A DNA stretch of 63,989 nt, filler included, from Phoronis australis (Eukaryota; Animalia; Phoronida), in NCBI GenBank assembly GCA_002633005.1. It is 6 parts of 6 records of this genome, joined end to end, with 100 filler letters (N's around TTAATTAATTAA, not from the genome) between each part and the next. Parts side by side here need not be neighbours in the genome. Positions count along the whole stretch, not along the records: positions 1 to 27,577 come from NMRA01000808.1; 5 more parts are not named here. One strand, given 5' to 3'. A program made the position numbers and the translations under genes. This document shows, piece after piece, positions 1 through 14,400 of this stretch. The notes beneath the pieces are model-generated. The model did not search any database. It was given only the letters and a program-made list of their open reading frames with translations, and had not been told where the DNA came from. The number at the start of each line of letters is the position of its first letter. Within the stretch, counting starts at the first letter, position 1.

Positions 1-1119
1 CTTTTTGATCTACTGATCTACAGAGTTCCACAGTCAATCAGATTTCGTCAGGAAGCTTTCCTAAGCTTCTTTAGGCTCTGACATCACAATTTTGTGCTGT
101 TTGATAAACCTTGAATTATACAGGCATCACACTCCATGGGAGCAGCCATATTGAAGTAACTAAGCACAACAATACAATCTGGCTCTCTGATTGGTCAATT
201 CTATAGAAAAGCGCCATCAAGTGGCAGGAATGTGCATCATATTTTGTGCAACAAAAACACCTTTTTTAAAAAAAATGTGCAAGTGTAGACGTGGGAACTT
301 TTTGGAATTTAATTTATAGGTATATTATCTAGCCACATAGAAAAAACTAGGTTGCCCCCCCAAAGTACTCACAAGGATGAACGCTACGAGATCTGGCCCA
401 CCGACTACCAAGGGACGATTGATTGCACATTACATAAAGGGGTTATAAATGTGCCTTCTGTCAAAAACCAGCTCTGAGTTTGTCTACTTACCATTATGAA
501 ATTGATCTCATTTTGTTTGTTACTTGTATTAAGGCAATAGTCACACTGAGACCAGTTTGATGCACATTATTCACTGAAGAAATTGGTCCTCAAAGGGCAG
601 AACGTGATTTGTTTGTCGTGGTGGGTTAGTTTCAGCTGTCAAAAAGTGTTATTGTCAGGGAAATTGCTGAATTATATTACAACCAATTTCAATTCAAGTA
701 GGTACAAGAACAAGATAGCATTGCTTTGGATGAACAAGTATGCCTGTGGTGAAAGTCATTTTGACACCAGACCATGATTTATAATGCATACTTAATACCT
801 TAGCATGTGTTAGCAGAAATCAGTGAATTGGAAATGACTTATTTGCAGTTTGATTTTAGACATAGTCGGTATCCAATATGTCAAATACTGGATACATTCA
901 AAATGAAGTTACGGCTAAATGTATTTCGACATTGCAAACATGAGGCATGATTTGTAGGAAATTCATTTAAATTTTTACTGTTAGTAGTTTTTTTTTGCCA
1001 TCAGCTTGAGGTTCGCAAATTTTGCGTGTACAAGATTGCAAAAATATGGGATTTACTTGCTTTCTTTAATCTCATCCGTTCGGATAATATTATTGAGTTC
1101 CCGATGGATTACATTGTAG

Positions 1120-4100
1120 AGCCCAGAATTCCAGTTTGTACGCATGCACCACCTGGTGGGGAAAGCCACACTCTATGACATGGATGTTGACCCCAGTAAC
1201 AAGTTTGTAGCTACTGCGTGTCAAGATAGAAACATCAGGTACAGTTTGCATAACACATCTCTCTCATATAATAACAGTAGCAAGTTGCCATAAATATACA
1301 GACTTTAAGGTATTGGTCAAAGTGAGGCATCCTTAAAATAGTTTTGTTTCCCTCACCCTTCGCTCACTCCACTGAGATTGATAGTTGGTGAGCAGATTGT
1401 TTTAGTTTTTGTCACTTTCAATTGTCAGGTTTGCTAATTTTTGTTATGATATAATGTTATTTTGTCAAATTGCAAATAGAATATTATGACTTGTACATTG
1501 GTTGTATGAGAGACACAAACAAAAGTGTACTTTAAGCAGTATGATAAAAACTATGGTTATATTCTGAGAATAGTTGAGTTTGAGTTGACCTCCAACACTG
1601 CTGTTCATTTGTTGAATAATTGTCAGTGATGTGTGTACCCACACTTTCTGTGAAACTGTTAGTCTTACTCTGCAGGATCTATAACACATGTACCATTAAA
1701 ATGACTTGTTCTTCTTACTCTGCAGGATCTATAACACACGTACCACTAAAATGAAGAAGCTGTACAAGGGTTCACAGTCTGATGATGGCTCTGTCATTAA
1801 GATCCAGCTTGATCCTTCTGGCTCTTACGTGGCCACTAGTGCATCTGACAAGAGTGTTAACATTTACGACTTTTATACAGGAGAGTGCATGGCCACCGCC
1901 TTCGGGCACTCCGAGGTCGTGACTGGGGTCAAGTTTACGAATGACCTTAAGCACTTGATATCAACATCTGGTGATGGGTATGTTAAATTGCTTCCTGTTG
2001 GACTTGCTTATACTAATGGGTTCTCTTTCCTGTTATGTTGAAATGGTTTCTACTATGTCGAAATTGAATTAAAGAAATTGTGCTTTACAATTATTACCAA
2101 TGGCCAATGGATACTGTCATTTTAACATTTGGCACTATTTTAAAATCAGAACTCACAGTATGTTGAATTACGTAGGACACGTCAAGGTCTCGTCTTTGTC
2201 AACTATCAAGGTCATCAGTCAACTACCAAGGTCATCAGTACACTTTGTTATGTTTCTCTCCTAATGATCAGTTGGACTTATTGTTGCTATTTGTGAAACT
2301 CTTTGTTCTTTACCATGTCAAACATTGCAGGTGCATATTTATTTGGCGACTGAGCTTGGACCTCACTGAGCATATGGTGCAGAGGCTTGAAGACCTGGAG
2401 GAAGGACCAAAGCAGCCTGTCAGTACGCAGGAAATCAGGTAGGGGTTAGGCTGCCAATGCAAGGCATTTTGGTAGTATCAGGGGGGAGTGACTGTTAGTA
2501 CGCAGGAAATCAGGTAAGGGGCAGGATTTCAATGCAGGGCATTCTGGTAACAGCAGAAGTGACTATTAGTACACAGAATGTGAGGAAGGGATGTCCCTGT
2601 CAATACAGGTTGTCATTACATTGGAATTCAGGTTGGGGCAAGAGTGACTATCTGTATAGTGAACCATAAATAGGTTGAAGGGCTGAGTGTGCACATCGTA
2701 GTTTTATTTTAAATTTGTTTAAAATAGACTGGCATCACGAATTTAAAAAACTGCATAATCTTCAAAACATGTCTTATGATAGTGTTCAATTTTGTTTTTG
2801 TGCATTTTGTTTCATTTGCAATCTGAAGTGACTGTGCATTGTTCAGATCATCATGACCAGCATTATGCGTATAAAAATTGCTAGGTTTTTGATGATGTAG
2901 TATGATTACAGTTCCTCTATTCCCTTGTTTGTTTAAGTTCACACAAAATGACCCACAATTCCCCTGGGATCACAATTGATACAAGTGGAATTCTCAATCT
3001 TGATAGTAAAACAAAAGTTAATTCTGATAATTTTGGCATCTACTGAGGACCTCTCTCTCTCCCTCCCTCCCTCCCTCCCTCCCTCCTATTATAAAACCAA
3101 TCGTATAAAGTTGTTTCGCACAAAGATTACAAGTCAAATTGACAGGTCGTTTTTTCTACATACTAGACCGATTAAGGTTATTTCAAACCTTATTTAGAGG
3201 CCTCCATTGTAACTGGTATATCAAAAAACTAGGCCTTTATATCAAAAATCCTAAAAGAATTTTTGAGATTGGAAAGTTTCGGCAAAATCTACCAAGGCCA
3301 TTTTTGAGAACTCGTGTTCCTAAGTTCAAATTAAGTCGATATGCCGAAGCCGAGACGGAAAAAGCCGATTATGTGGCGAGATGTGAAAATCTCAAGGTCG
3401 AGTCAAGGACTTCGGTTAATTCTTCGGTGAAAACTTGTTTTTGGCCAATATAATCTATACACCCTTAGCCACGTTCATTATTTCAACATTCCTGCGCAAT
3501 GTCATCTGAATTTTCAGTGTGTACTTATCACAAAATCTTTTAAGTTAAACCAAGTCGATCTTCTCACGGGCGGAACTAGCATATGGAATGGGTCAAGCTA
3601 GTGCAGTGTGGTCCACTTTAAAGTAAGTCAACAGTACATTGTTAGACACACCACGCGCTGGGAGATTGAAAACCAAGTACTAAATGAATCCAGAAATAGA
3701 GTCTATGGTTAAGGCACGTCGTGAGCATGAGATTGAAACAGCGAAATGTCAAATTACCACAATTAAGGAATTTGAGTGAGGATTTGTCTCTTTTCACAAC
3801 TTGCCGTGTTCTTAAACACTAAGTCACAGAGACGTGAGGCGACACCTACCGTTCGTTCTCAACGGTCGCATGCATGCAAACACAACATTCTCAGGATCAA
3901 AGCCACGTTTTTTCGTCATTTTCTCCGGCATCTTTCTACCGTATGTACACTATACATCGTTCACGCAATTTTATGGCGACTCGGTAAATGAAAGGACTAA
4001 GGGTACATACGGACGTGCTCTGTGCCTGGCGGGAGATTCGATTTGAGTGACAGCCTCGTAACCTTTGAATTCGGATAAGTACGAGTAAACAAATGTCCAG

Positions 4101-5409
4101 GCGGTTGTGCGGTTCCAAGGTGGTTCTGCCGAATCTTTTTTGAAGTTCCCCGAGACATATGTGAAATATTGTAAAAATGGTAAATATTTGTGAATAAGGT
4201 TTGAGATATTCTTAAGTTACTTGACACGGCGTGTTCAATTTCAGCCGCAAAGGCTGTATAGAATTCAAAACGGAATTCCACTTGGGGCTACTCAATTCAA
4301 ACAAAAGATCATCGCGATGAAGTTGCATTGGAAAAGTAAAATAATACGCCTGTATATTAAGTTGTTATAAAAACCACATCATAGTTTACAGCCGCTTTAA
4401 GTTGCACAAATGCTTTTGGGTAACATGTTAAAACCTAATTTCCATCAACTACCCATTAGGGAACTNAGATCGATTCTGCATATCCCATGGTCACGCGACT
4501 TGCTTACAAGTCATCGGGAGGGCTGTTCTCAGTTAGTGGTCTTTTGAACTTGGATTTGGCAACAACCAAGTAATGGTCGGATTAACAATAGCTGCTTTAT
4601 ATTTGCCAGGTATCTGCTGAGAAGTGTAAAAACTCAGCTCGCATTCGTTGGAAATTCCAGGTCGCATTTTGCGACTTGATACGAGCTGACAAAAATTTCA
4701 GCTCGCATTTCCAAATTTCAGGTCGCAAATGCGACCTGCAGCTCATTATGTCGAGCCCTGGAGCTGATTCCAAAATAAAAATCAGTTATATTCAAGTGTT
4801 CTAAATAAAATGGTGATAAAAAGAAACTGCTGTTTCATACTTGACAAAACATCTTGTGATTATCATGCCTACTGAATACACCCTCAGTTGGTTATTATAT
4901 TAAGTTTGCATCCTCCTTGTCCCTGCCAGTTTACAAACTTAAGGTAAAAACTGAAAACTGAGCTCTGTTTTATCTTCAAAATTTTTAGGTTGGCAGTCTA
5001 TTCCTTATTTCGTTTATAGTTTTGCTACTTAATGTTGTGGTTTTGCAAATCACATGACTGGGTTAATTACAGATTGGCTTGTCAGATGTAGAGAAGAGAC
5101 AACCGGGTGAGAGCTCCAGCCAGCCGCGAGGCCGGTGGGCGCAGCGCACAGACAGTATCAAGGTCATGTCTGTATTGGACGAGAGCTCCATCCACGTGTC
5201 GCCCAATAGTCCAGGTAGGTAAGATTGAGCTGTGACTTTTTCATTTCTAATGTACTCTTATTATTTAATCCCTCTCGCCATGGGTTATTAGTGATCCTCG
5301 TATTATTTTGAAAGGTGGGCAAACATCGGCTGAGCTGGCATATATATATATATATATATTATTTTGAAAGGTGGGCAAACATCGGCTGAGCTGGCATATA
5401 TATATATAT

Positions 5410-5449
<40 letters not shown>

Positions 5450-8400
5450 GTGGTTGCCATATTTTGTGTTTGTTTACAAGGCATCTGAAATCATCCAAAA
5501 CTGTTGTCTACAAGCATTTTTCATGCATATTTTGTAGCATTTAAAAATGTAATTGAAGCAGATGCATACCTTGAAAAATGTTGGCACTGAATGGCAACAG
5601 CATCAGGTGTGACGGTTAGCTACAGCATCAGGTGTGACTGTTAGCTACAGCATCAGGTGTGGCTGTTAGCTACAGCATCAGGTGTGACTGTTAGCTACAG
5701 CATCAGGTGTGGCTGTTAGCTACAGCATCAGGTGTGACTGTTAGCTACAGCATCAGGTGTGACTGTTAGCTACAGCATCAGGTGTGACTGTTAGCTACAG
5801 CATCAGGTGTGACTGTTAACTACATCTCAGCAATCATAGAAGCTGACACTTAGTGTTTGATGTCTTTTTTAGTAGAACACAATTTGCCTTTGTCAGTATT
5901 TCAGATTATTTTTCTGCACCTCCTGATGAGGACCATATCCTTGATGTATTATAATACTTCTCTCTATCTAAAGAGACAAACACCTTGTTGAGCTCAAAGC
6001 ATTACTATTCTCTTGTGGATAGGCTGAAAATATTTCATTTCTAAGCACTGAATCATCTGGTGCTGGGTTTCAAATCCAGCTGTATCTAGTTGTTGCATTA
6101 TCTCATCGGCTCACCACCGTGTGCATCACAAAGTAGGCATTAAAACATTCAACACTTTAAGATAGGGTTGAAGTATGAAGGTGTTGTTGTATCTCTTCAA
6201 TCTCATCTAATTATATTCATTAAAAAGTTGGTGGGAGTGCAGCTAATTAACATATTGTAAGACAACAATAATTCACATTTAAACAACTTGATATTTGCTT
6301 CAGTTATTTTTGATAGCAAGTTGGTGTTAGCGGACGTTTTTTTGTTGTTCATCCACTTGCATTTTGTTACAGATAAAAGACGTTACAGTCTTGAGGATTC
6401 TCAGTTACTGCGAAGAGACACCATGGTCCTTGTAGAACCCAACAAGAAGTTGGTAAGAACTAACTCTTCAACATCGTTACCATTGACAGGACTTCATTTT
6501 TCTCTTAGCTGTTTACATGTTCCATATTTAATCCTATGCTGGTTCTGTTTACATGTGCCTTATTTACTCCTATGTTGGGTTTTTGAAGAAGTGCACAATA
6601 CAGTTCCAATGTGTGCTAAACACAGCAACTAGACCTATACTGTGATGTGTCTTATTTGGTTCAGCTGCTGTTTAGTGCAAAAACTATGCTTTTGAACATT
6701 TCTTGTGACTGTTTCCTGGAGTATGACCAGGCTTGAGCTGTCAGTAGCAGGGATTTTTGATCAATTAAGATGTGGGTATAACTACTGGCATGATTCAGCT
6801 TGAGTGTTGATTGGACTGGGCTTGTGTGCAAGTACTCTCATAAGTCTGCATTGGAGATCTGTGTACTAAGTGGACAAATACGGTCGTGGTATTATTTCAG
6901 AATATTCCAGTCATCACAGATGCAGTCATAAGTCTGCATTAGAGATCTGTATACTAAGTAGACATTCCTGTGGTATTATTTCAGAATATTCCAGTCATCA
7001 CAGATGCAGATGACCTTGTTGATGATGACGATGAGGATGAGTTTGTTCCAATGACGTCCAGTAGGGAGTTGCTGTACAAGGAGGTTGGTTGTTTGTCTTT
7101 TATAATGTTTTCAAAGTCTCTGGTATAGTATGAAAACTATGACAAGCCTCTCATTTTTAACAAACAATTTTCTAAAAGTAAAAAATGTTGAAGAGAGTTT
7201 GGGAGCGTAAGAAGGGGATACATTATGTTGTTAGCTTAATGTGTGATTTGTTAGGAAGGAAGCTGACTAGAGGGCTCTAATTAAAGTTAAACTGGCTTAA
7301 CGTGTGATTTGTTAGGAAGGAAGCTGTCTAGATGGCTCTAATTAAAGTTAAACTGGCTTAATGTGTGATTTGTTAGGAAGGAAGCTGTCTAGATGGCTCT
7401 AATTAAAGTTAAACTGGCTTAACGTGTGATTTGTTAGGAAGGAAACTGTCTAGAAGGCTCTAATTAAAGTTACACTGGCTTAACATGTGATTTGTTTGGA
7501 AGGAAGCTGTCTAGAAGGTTCTAATTAAAGTTAAACTGGCTTAACATGTGATTTGTTAGGAAGGAAACTGTCTAGAAGGCTCTAATTAAAGTTAAACTGG
7601 CTTAACATGTGATTTGTTAGGAAGGAAGCCTTCTAGAAGGCTCTAATTAAAACTGTTTGTTTCAACTAGTGAGGTGCTCAGTTATTTTATGATCTCCTCA
7701 GTTGCTATTTTAGAAAGTGGGAATGATTTTGTTTGCATCATGTAAATGCATAGTTCACTTGAAACTCAAAAAATTCTATTACAGGATGACAAAATGTCTC
7801 CTAGCAATGATAACAAAACCTTCGTCACGTCAAGATCTTCCTCGCTGCCACCAGAAGTCCTCAGAACACCAAGTTATGAAGAAGACGCTGATACTCAAAC
7901 AGAGGTCATCTATCTGCCGAGTGACGACGACTATGATTCTGATGAAAACACAAACACATTCCAAGTGTATGAGCTGCCGGTAAACAAGTGTGAACTGCGT
8001 AGGACCACAAGGAAAATGTCAGATGTGTCGGATAATGCTTCTCAAAAAGATGGTGAGTTCTTTGTTCATTCATCATCTGTGTATGCTACAGGGTTAATTG
8101 TAGTATAGTTCCTAGCCACTAGGAGTAGACAAGTGACTTAGCCAAGGCAAAACGTCTGTCAATTTTCTCTGCGGTTGGCATCATTCAGAACATCCTGTCT
8201 TGTTTTGTATTGACTCGGGAGTTTGAAGTTACAAAATGTATAGAAAATGTTGTCTTAAAAAATTATTCTGTATGTAATGAATAAGAGTTACTAAACTTCC
8301 TAATGGGTGGTCTTGTGTGGAAAACCTGACAACAATAGTCCATTTCTTATTACTGACAGGTTTGGGTCAAAGTTTGTGATGCTATTTTCTATAATTGTTA

Positions 8401-11400
8401 ATGACTAGCGATATGTCAGAGTTTATTCACTTAGAGACCATGCCATAGATAGGGAGAGGGTCGTATAGTAAAGGAGGTTACACTGTCAACCTATATATCA
8501 TGACATGCAGAATTCTGTGTATCGGAGTTCATACTCTGTCATGAACACATGGCTAGGTGTGGTGAGGAAGGTAAAGCATAATATCTTGTTGTGGTGAGGG
8601 ATCCAAAGCATGATATGTTGTAGGCTTATCCAACAATTTGTTTTCTTGGATGTTCACTGAACATGCAATTTTAGTGAACACTGCAGCTTCAAGACATTGC
8701 AGACCTGATATTTTTATTTAAGTTTTGTCTTGCATATACACTAAGTAATAGACTACTCATAATGGAGATGGATGGTGTGACATCACTGTACTGGGATGGT
8801 CTTGGCAGATTGTGTCATATTGGTGCTAACTCTTGGTACTTCTCTATTTAGATTCTGAGTCAGCAGGTTTTGATGAAGATGAAGACGAGATGGAATCTAC
8901 ACCTGGAACACCGATGGTGGAGACCCCAGACAAGGTCAGTTAGATCTCTTGTGTTGGAAATTTAACTCGCATTTATTACTACATAACAAAGCTTAGATTT
9001 GCTGATTGCTGTCACGTCATTGTAAGCTGTGAATGATATTCGTTTCTCATGATTTTGTCACCTTGCCTTTGAATTGTTGAGATTGTTCATTAATAAAGTG
9101 TTGCTTTGCTTCTGTCATCTCTTGGCTCAATGGTGTTATTCTTGCTTTAGGAGAACTTCTTGAAACAAAATTTTGAAAACCTTGGCACATCGCCAGATTT
9201 GGCTGCTGAGAAGTTTGACAACACATTGGATAATGTGGAGCAACAGATGAGACAGTATCAAGGAGCCTCTCATAGACTAAGTCTGTCCTCAAGGTTTCTG
9301 AGTAGAGCCCAGAGTAGTCAACTGAGGTAATGAAATGATTGACACATGCCAGTTATATGGTCTGCCAAATGAATCCTGGAATTAATAAAAAATAATTATC
9401 AAACTTTCATATACTGTTTAAAATTTGATCAGGTTTTAAAGTTGTTACCAGTGTTTAAGAGTAAGAGGTGCTGTGACAGTGAACTGAGAAGAAACTCCAG
9501 CAGGGTTTTGTGAGAATTAGATACGATCAAGAAATGGAGTTGAACTCTTGGCCTCTTGATATTGCTTTAACTGCTAGGCCACTGAGGGACCTCATTAAAG
9601 TAGTTAACATTTAGTTTTTGTTAAAAGTGTGAGTGAGTGAGTGAGTTATTGTTTAACTGAGAAGAACACATTTTTGGAAGAGATTGTAAATGTACTACAG
9701 ACCAATCAGATTATTGGAATGATCTGCTGGTTGCTTCATTTAGTAAGCATTAAATGATAAATGTCCATTCGATTTCGTCAAAGTTTTAGAGACTGTTATT
9801 GTTTTCGGTGGTGAACATCTCATAGTGTAATTACGGATAGCAGTGCTACTCAGTCATATGTGCTGTGGTTTGTTCAAAGTCATGTGACCTGCCAGTACTG
9901 TTACTACTGACAGAAGTACATTGTTACATTATTACAGGTCTGTTGCTGCCTACAATAGTGCCATTCAGAACCGCAAAAATGCCAGTGATCATCGAACCCC
10001 TAACTCCCCTGTTGGTGAGGTGCAGAAACGAAAGGATGAAATGGCTCGGGCTGTGGATGACACTCGACGAAGACTGCAGTCCTTGGGTTGGAAGGCCAAC
10101 AATAAATCAGATGATAACATCCCAGTTAAAGACGTTAATTCACCCAAGAGAGAGGAATGTAGGGAGTTTCCTGTGCAGAAAAGATCACCTGGCCGACAGT
10201 CGGGAAATTCTGGTGAGTGGTTGAGATGCCATCTTTGACTTTCTGTTGTCAGTATTTGTATTGCCTTGTGAGTGAACAGATGTCATAAAAAGTGTGACAA
10301 CTCATGTTCTGATTGATTTTTAACTTGTTGTCCTCAAATTGAAAAAGCCATCTCTCATCCATAGTCAGGTTATTTGGCATCTGTCGGATGGTGCCTTTTG
10401 AGGCTATAAATGCACCTACCACCACAAAAACATAAGTTGATTGAGACTGCTTACCATTAGGAAATTGGTGCAAATTGCTCCTTAGTCAAGTTGAAGAGGA
10501 TTTCAAGGCTGTGAAAGAACTGTTAGTTTGTTGTTGCTCTATATAAGGCTTTAGAGGGGGACCTGTCATGGCACATCATAAGGCATTAGAGGGTGACCTG
10601 TCATGGCACGACAAGGCTTTAGAGGGTGACCTGTCATGGTAGGTCATAAGGCTTTAGAGGGTGACCTGTCATGGCAGGCCATAAGGCTTTAGAGGGTGAC
10701 CTGTCATGGCAGGTCATTAGGCTTTAGAGGGTGACCTGTCATGGTAGGTCATAAGGCTTTAGAGGGTGACCTGTCATGGTAGGTCATAAGGCTTTATAGG
10801 GGGACATGTCATGGCAGATCATAAGGCTTTAGAGGAGGACCTGTCATGGCACGTCATTAGAAATCACTTCTTATCAGATTAAAGTTGAGATCACTTTTAT
10901 ATTTATTTAGTAAGTGGTCTAAATTAAGAGTTCACTTCATGGATGCAATGCTGGTTTGTAGTCAATTTAATTAAAGTTGAAATTAAACGAATACTTAAAT
11001 TTAGTGCGAGTTTCTGTCAGATGAACTCTTTTCATCAATTTGAGTTGCAACTCATTCATGATGGGAACTGTCAAACTTAATCGGTGTGTCGTAAATGGCC
11101 AAGCAAAGGAATGAGTCAACCAAACACTGCTTCTGGTGTTGAAGTTTGATGTGAAATAACATATTGAGTGTGCTGTATCTTCATTAATAACAAGGTATGA
11201 CAGAAGGTGTTATAATAATAAAAAGGCATTGTTACAGATACTTTCTGTTGCAACATAATCCACTCTTGAAGTAAATGTTAGTGTTCTCAAATAGAATATG
11301 TTCCATTTTGTAATGACCATTTGTCAACATGTGTTTTAAAGCTGAAAATGTTCTTGGAAAATAAGTCAGATTATTTTCAAGACATTAATTACCAAAATGT

Positions 11401-14400
11401 TATGCAGGTCAATTTAATTCACCGAGTCGTATGCGCCGCTGCTGGTCCATGGTTGACGTTTCTAAAACGCCAGTATCGTGTTACGACACGCCATCACGCA
11501 GATCAATGGGTGACTCCCTTGCGTCACCTAGATTTGGTAAAAGTGGGCAAGCTTTCAACTCCTGTCTGTGTTTTGTGGTCTGCATTTCACCAGCGATGTA
11601 GTCTTGAGCTCAAAATATTTGCATTTTTCTTTGTTGTCGCTGGTATCAGAGTGTTGATGTGTGACTTTTGTTTAGCTGGATTCTCATGTTTAGTATGTCT
11701 TCTGCACACGTTGGACCCAGTCATGTGAAATTCAAATGCCAAAAATAATTATGATAATGACAGTTGGGCAAGTTTTTACGCAGTGTTTTAAATAACTAAG
11801 CACCTTGGTAGTTTTTTCCAGGCTATGGAACTGATCAATCTTTTTAAAGAAGTTGCACAGTTAAAACATTTTCTATTCTGCATTAGCATACAATGGTTAC
11901 AAAAGCTTTGTGAAGACACGGATTACTCTAAACACACAAGTTTTGAGTGCTAAAATAAACCTATGTTTACTGAATGGGAAAAATCCAAGACCATTTGACA
12001 GTGTGCTTCTATTTCTTTTTCTGGGTCCAAATGGTGTCATAATAGTGCCACATGCCGCATCATTAAACACTGTTATTATGTTGTACAGTTACATCATCTG
12101 AAAAGCACTATGTTGACCAGTCTCATGAATCCTCGTGGCCATGTTTCTTTCATTTTTGAGTGGAAGTTATTCATCTGTTAATGGCCAGTCGCAGTGTTTA
12201 CTAATAAGCAGGCAATATTTTTATGTATTGGTTACATTTAAGATGCTGCATCACGTGTATGCCTGTCTGAAGATAGTGACTTTCTAGTGACCATCGCTGG
12301 TGTCTCATGCACAACACAAGACCTGCTTTAGACCACTAGGGTGTCGGTCCTACACAGAGCCATGCTAATCCAATGTGAACGAGACACACACTGTGTCTGA
12401 ACTCACATAACTCTGGCAACTGAACACTGTTGCCACTATATGTTGTATTTATGATCTTTAGTAATAAATCATCATTTTTAGAAAGCCTGAACTTGTCCCC
12501 CTTTTCCAGCACAATTTTGCCTTGTGTGACCATACACAACACCCATTAACATTTAGAAAAAAATTAGTTTTCCTTCACTGATTTCCATTCAGACAATTTC
12601 TTTGACTCACTGTGCCTTTAAATTGAGACTACAGTTAACATATACTAAACTAACTTGGTGTTGGCTTGATCAATATGTACACTGGTTGTGTGTTGGGATG
12701 CAGCTGATAACGGATGAATGGAAGCACTGCTTGGATCACAATCATTGACACCCATCTGCACTCACTATGGCTTGCTTTATACACTGACTATTGACTCTAC
12801 TTGTATTGGTCACTATCTGTTGAAAATTTAAGATGACTATTTATAGTCATTATTGGTCTTCGTTGTTCCTGGTTTTTAAGAGCTCCAGAATTAATGTGAA
12901 TATTTTGAGAGTAAGTAACTATAAACATAAAAATATGTTTTCATTGATTAAAAGTATCTTATCAACCAATTATTTAGACAGGTGACATGTTGGTTATGGC
13001 ATGTGTCCTTATCTGGCAGCATATGCTGTGGTTTGTTAGCAGAATCTTGACAACCTAGTTGTGATAAGTCATTTAATTTTCTAACATGTATGTATAAATC
13101 TGAATTTAGTGACTAATGTTAAAATGAATGATCGCCAATAACATAACACTTAGTTTTACGTGTTGGCCCTTTTCTATAATTCCAGATCACAAGCCAGACT
13201 CCAGTCTTGTGCCCTCTGACACTAATACCACAATTGCTAGCGTTCGCAGTAGGTCTGTCCAGAACCTATCCACCTTGGATGTGGAAAATGAGCCTCCACC
13301 ACCCCCTGGCAAAAAAGCAACTCGTCGTCTGAAGTCGTATGAGAAACAAACGACCAGCTCATCAGCCAAACTTTTGAAATCATCGTCAGGCACGGCATTG
13401 AATAAAACAGGTACAGATTCTGCAGAGCGTCAGGATAAACCTACTGCAAGACGTTTTCGGAAAGGTCGTTTGAGCAATGCTCAGAGGTCACAATGGCAGT
13501 CGTCACCCAATCTGGCAACACAAATTGAAGAGGAGACAGAATCCGATATTTCCAAAAGCCTGGTGAATGACGCTAGTGTTAGATCACGTGCCGATGACCG
13601 AAGGAAGTCGCAGGAAACAACCTCCGTTTCAAAAGCAAAAGAACAGAGATCAAGGTCCAACTCTCCTGGCCTTAATAACGCAGAAAAATTACCATCGCAA
13701 AGAAAATTACGCAAGAGCAAATCAAAAGAAGACATGTGTTCTAGTTCAGATAGCTTGGCTTCCATTCCTTCCATAGCCAGCGACTCACCACGTGCCAGCG
13801 AGGAGCGGGCATTATCTCCTCCTTCACAGAAGAGTTCCAATCATTGCCAAGAGGAAGTGGACAGAAAAGCCATGCCTCCTCCTTCGTCTTTTCCGAAATT
13901 CCTGCAGAAAGCTAGGCAGACCAAGCGCAAGTCAGATGACCTCACACTGTCTCAAGCCAAAGAGATTCTCATGGGAAAGTCGTCCATCTACAGCAAAGAA
14001 AAAGAGCATCAGCGTCCACAGCACATTCCAAAAGACACAGTTGTTGAGACAAAGACCAGTGAACTTTTAATCGCAGACTTGGATGAACTCCCGGTAAAGG
14101 AGAGCTCTCCTCTTAAAGGTTTCACTAGGGTCTCCACAGGAGGGCGGCAGGCTGTGAATCCGGCAGAGCCTGTCACAATTGTAGTTGCTCAATCTGAAAA
14201 GAAAAATGCTGTGAAACACAGCACCTTACAAAGCGATCTCAGTGCCTCTTCTCAGCCAAAAGCTGAGCTCGCCTCTTGTGATGTCAAACCTCTTCACAAA
14301 AGACTTTCGGCCTCTTGTACTGATCTGTACACAACAGAAGGCACCAGAAGAAGGCAGAGCCCGCGTGCAGCCCCAATACCCAGCTTACAAGAGTCGAGAA

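Noticed and set aside
5597-10860. Regular 25-61-bp repeat arrays resembling CRISPR
   Set aside because: Head-to-tail units without unique spacers, inside eukaryotic introns, with no cas genes. Ordinary minisatellites.
13481-13840. Antisense ORFs over the large exons (also 17209-17559, 36294-36605)
   Set aside because: Shadow frames of real coding exons.
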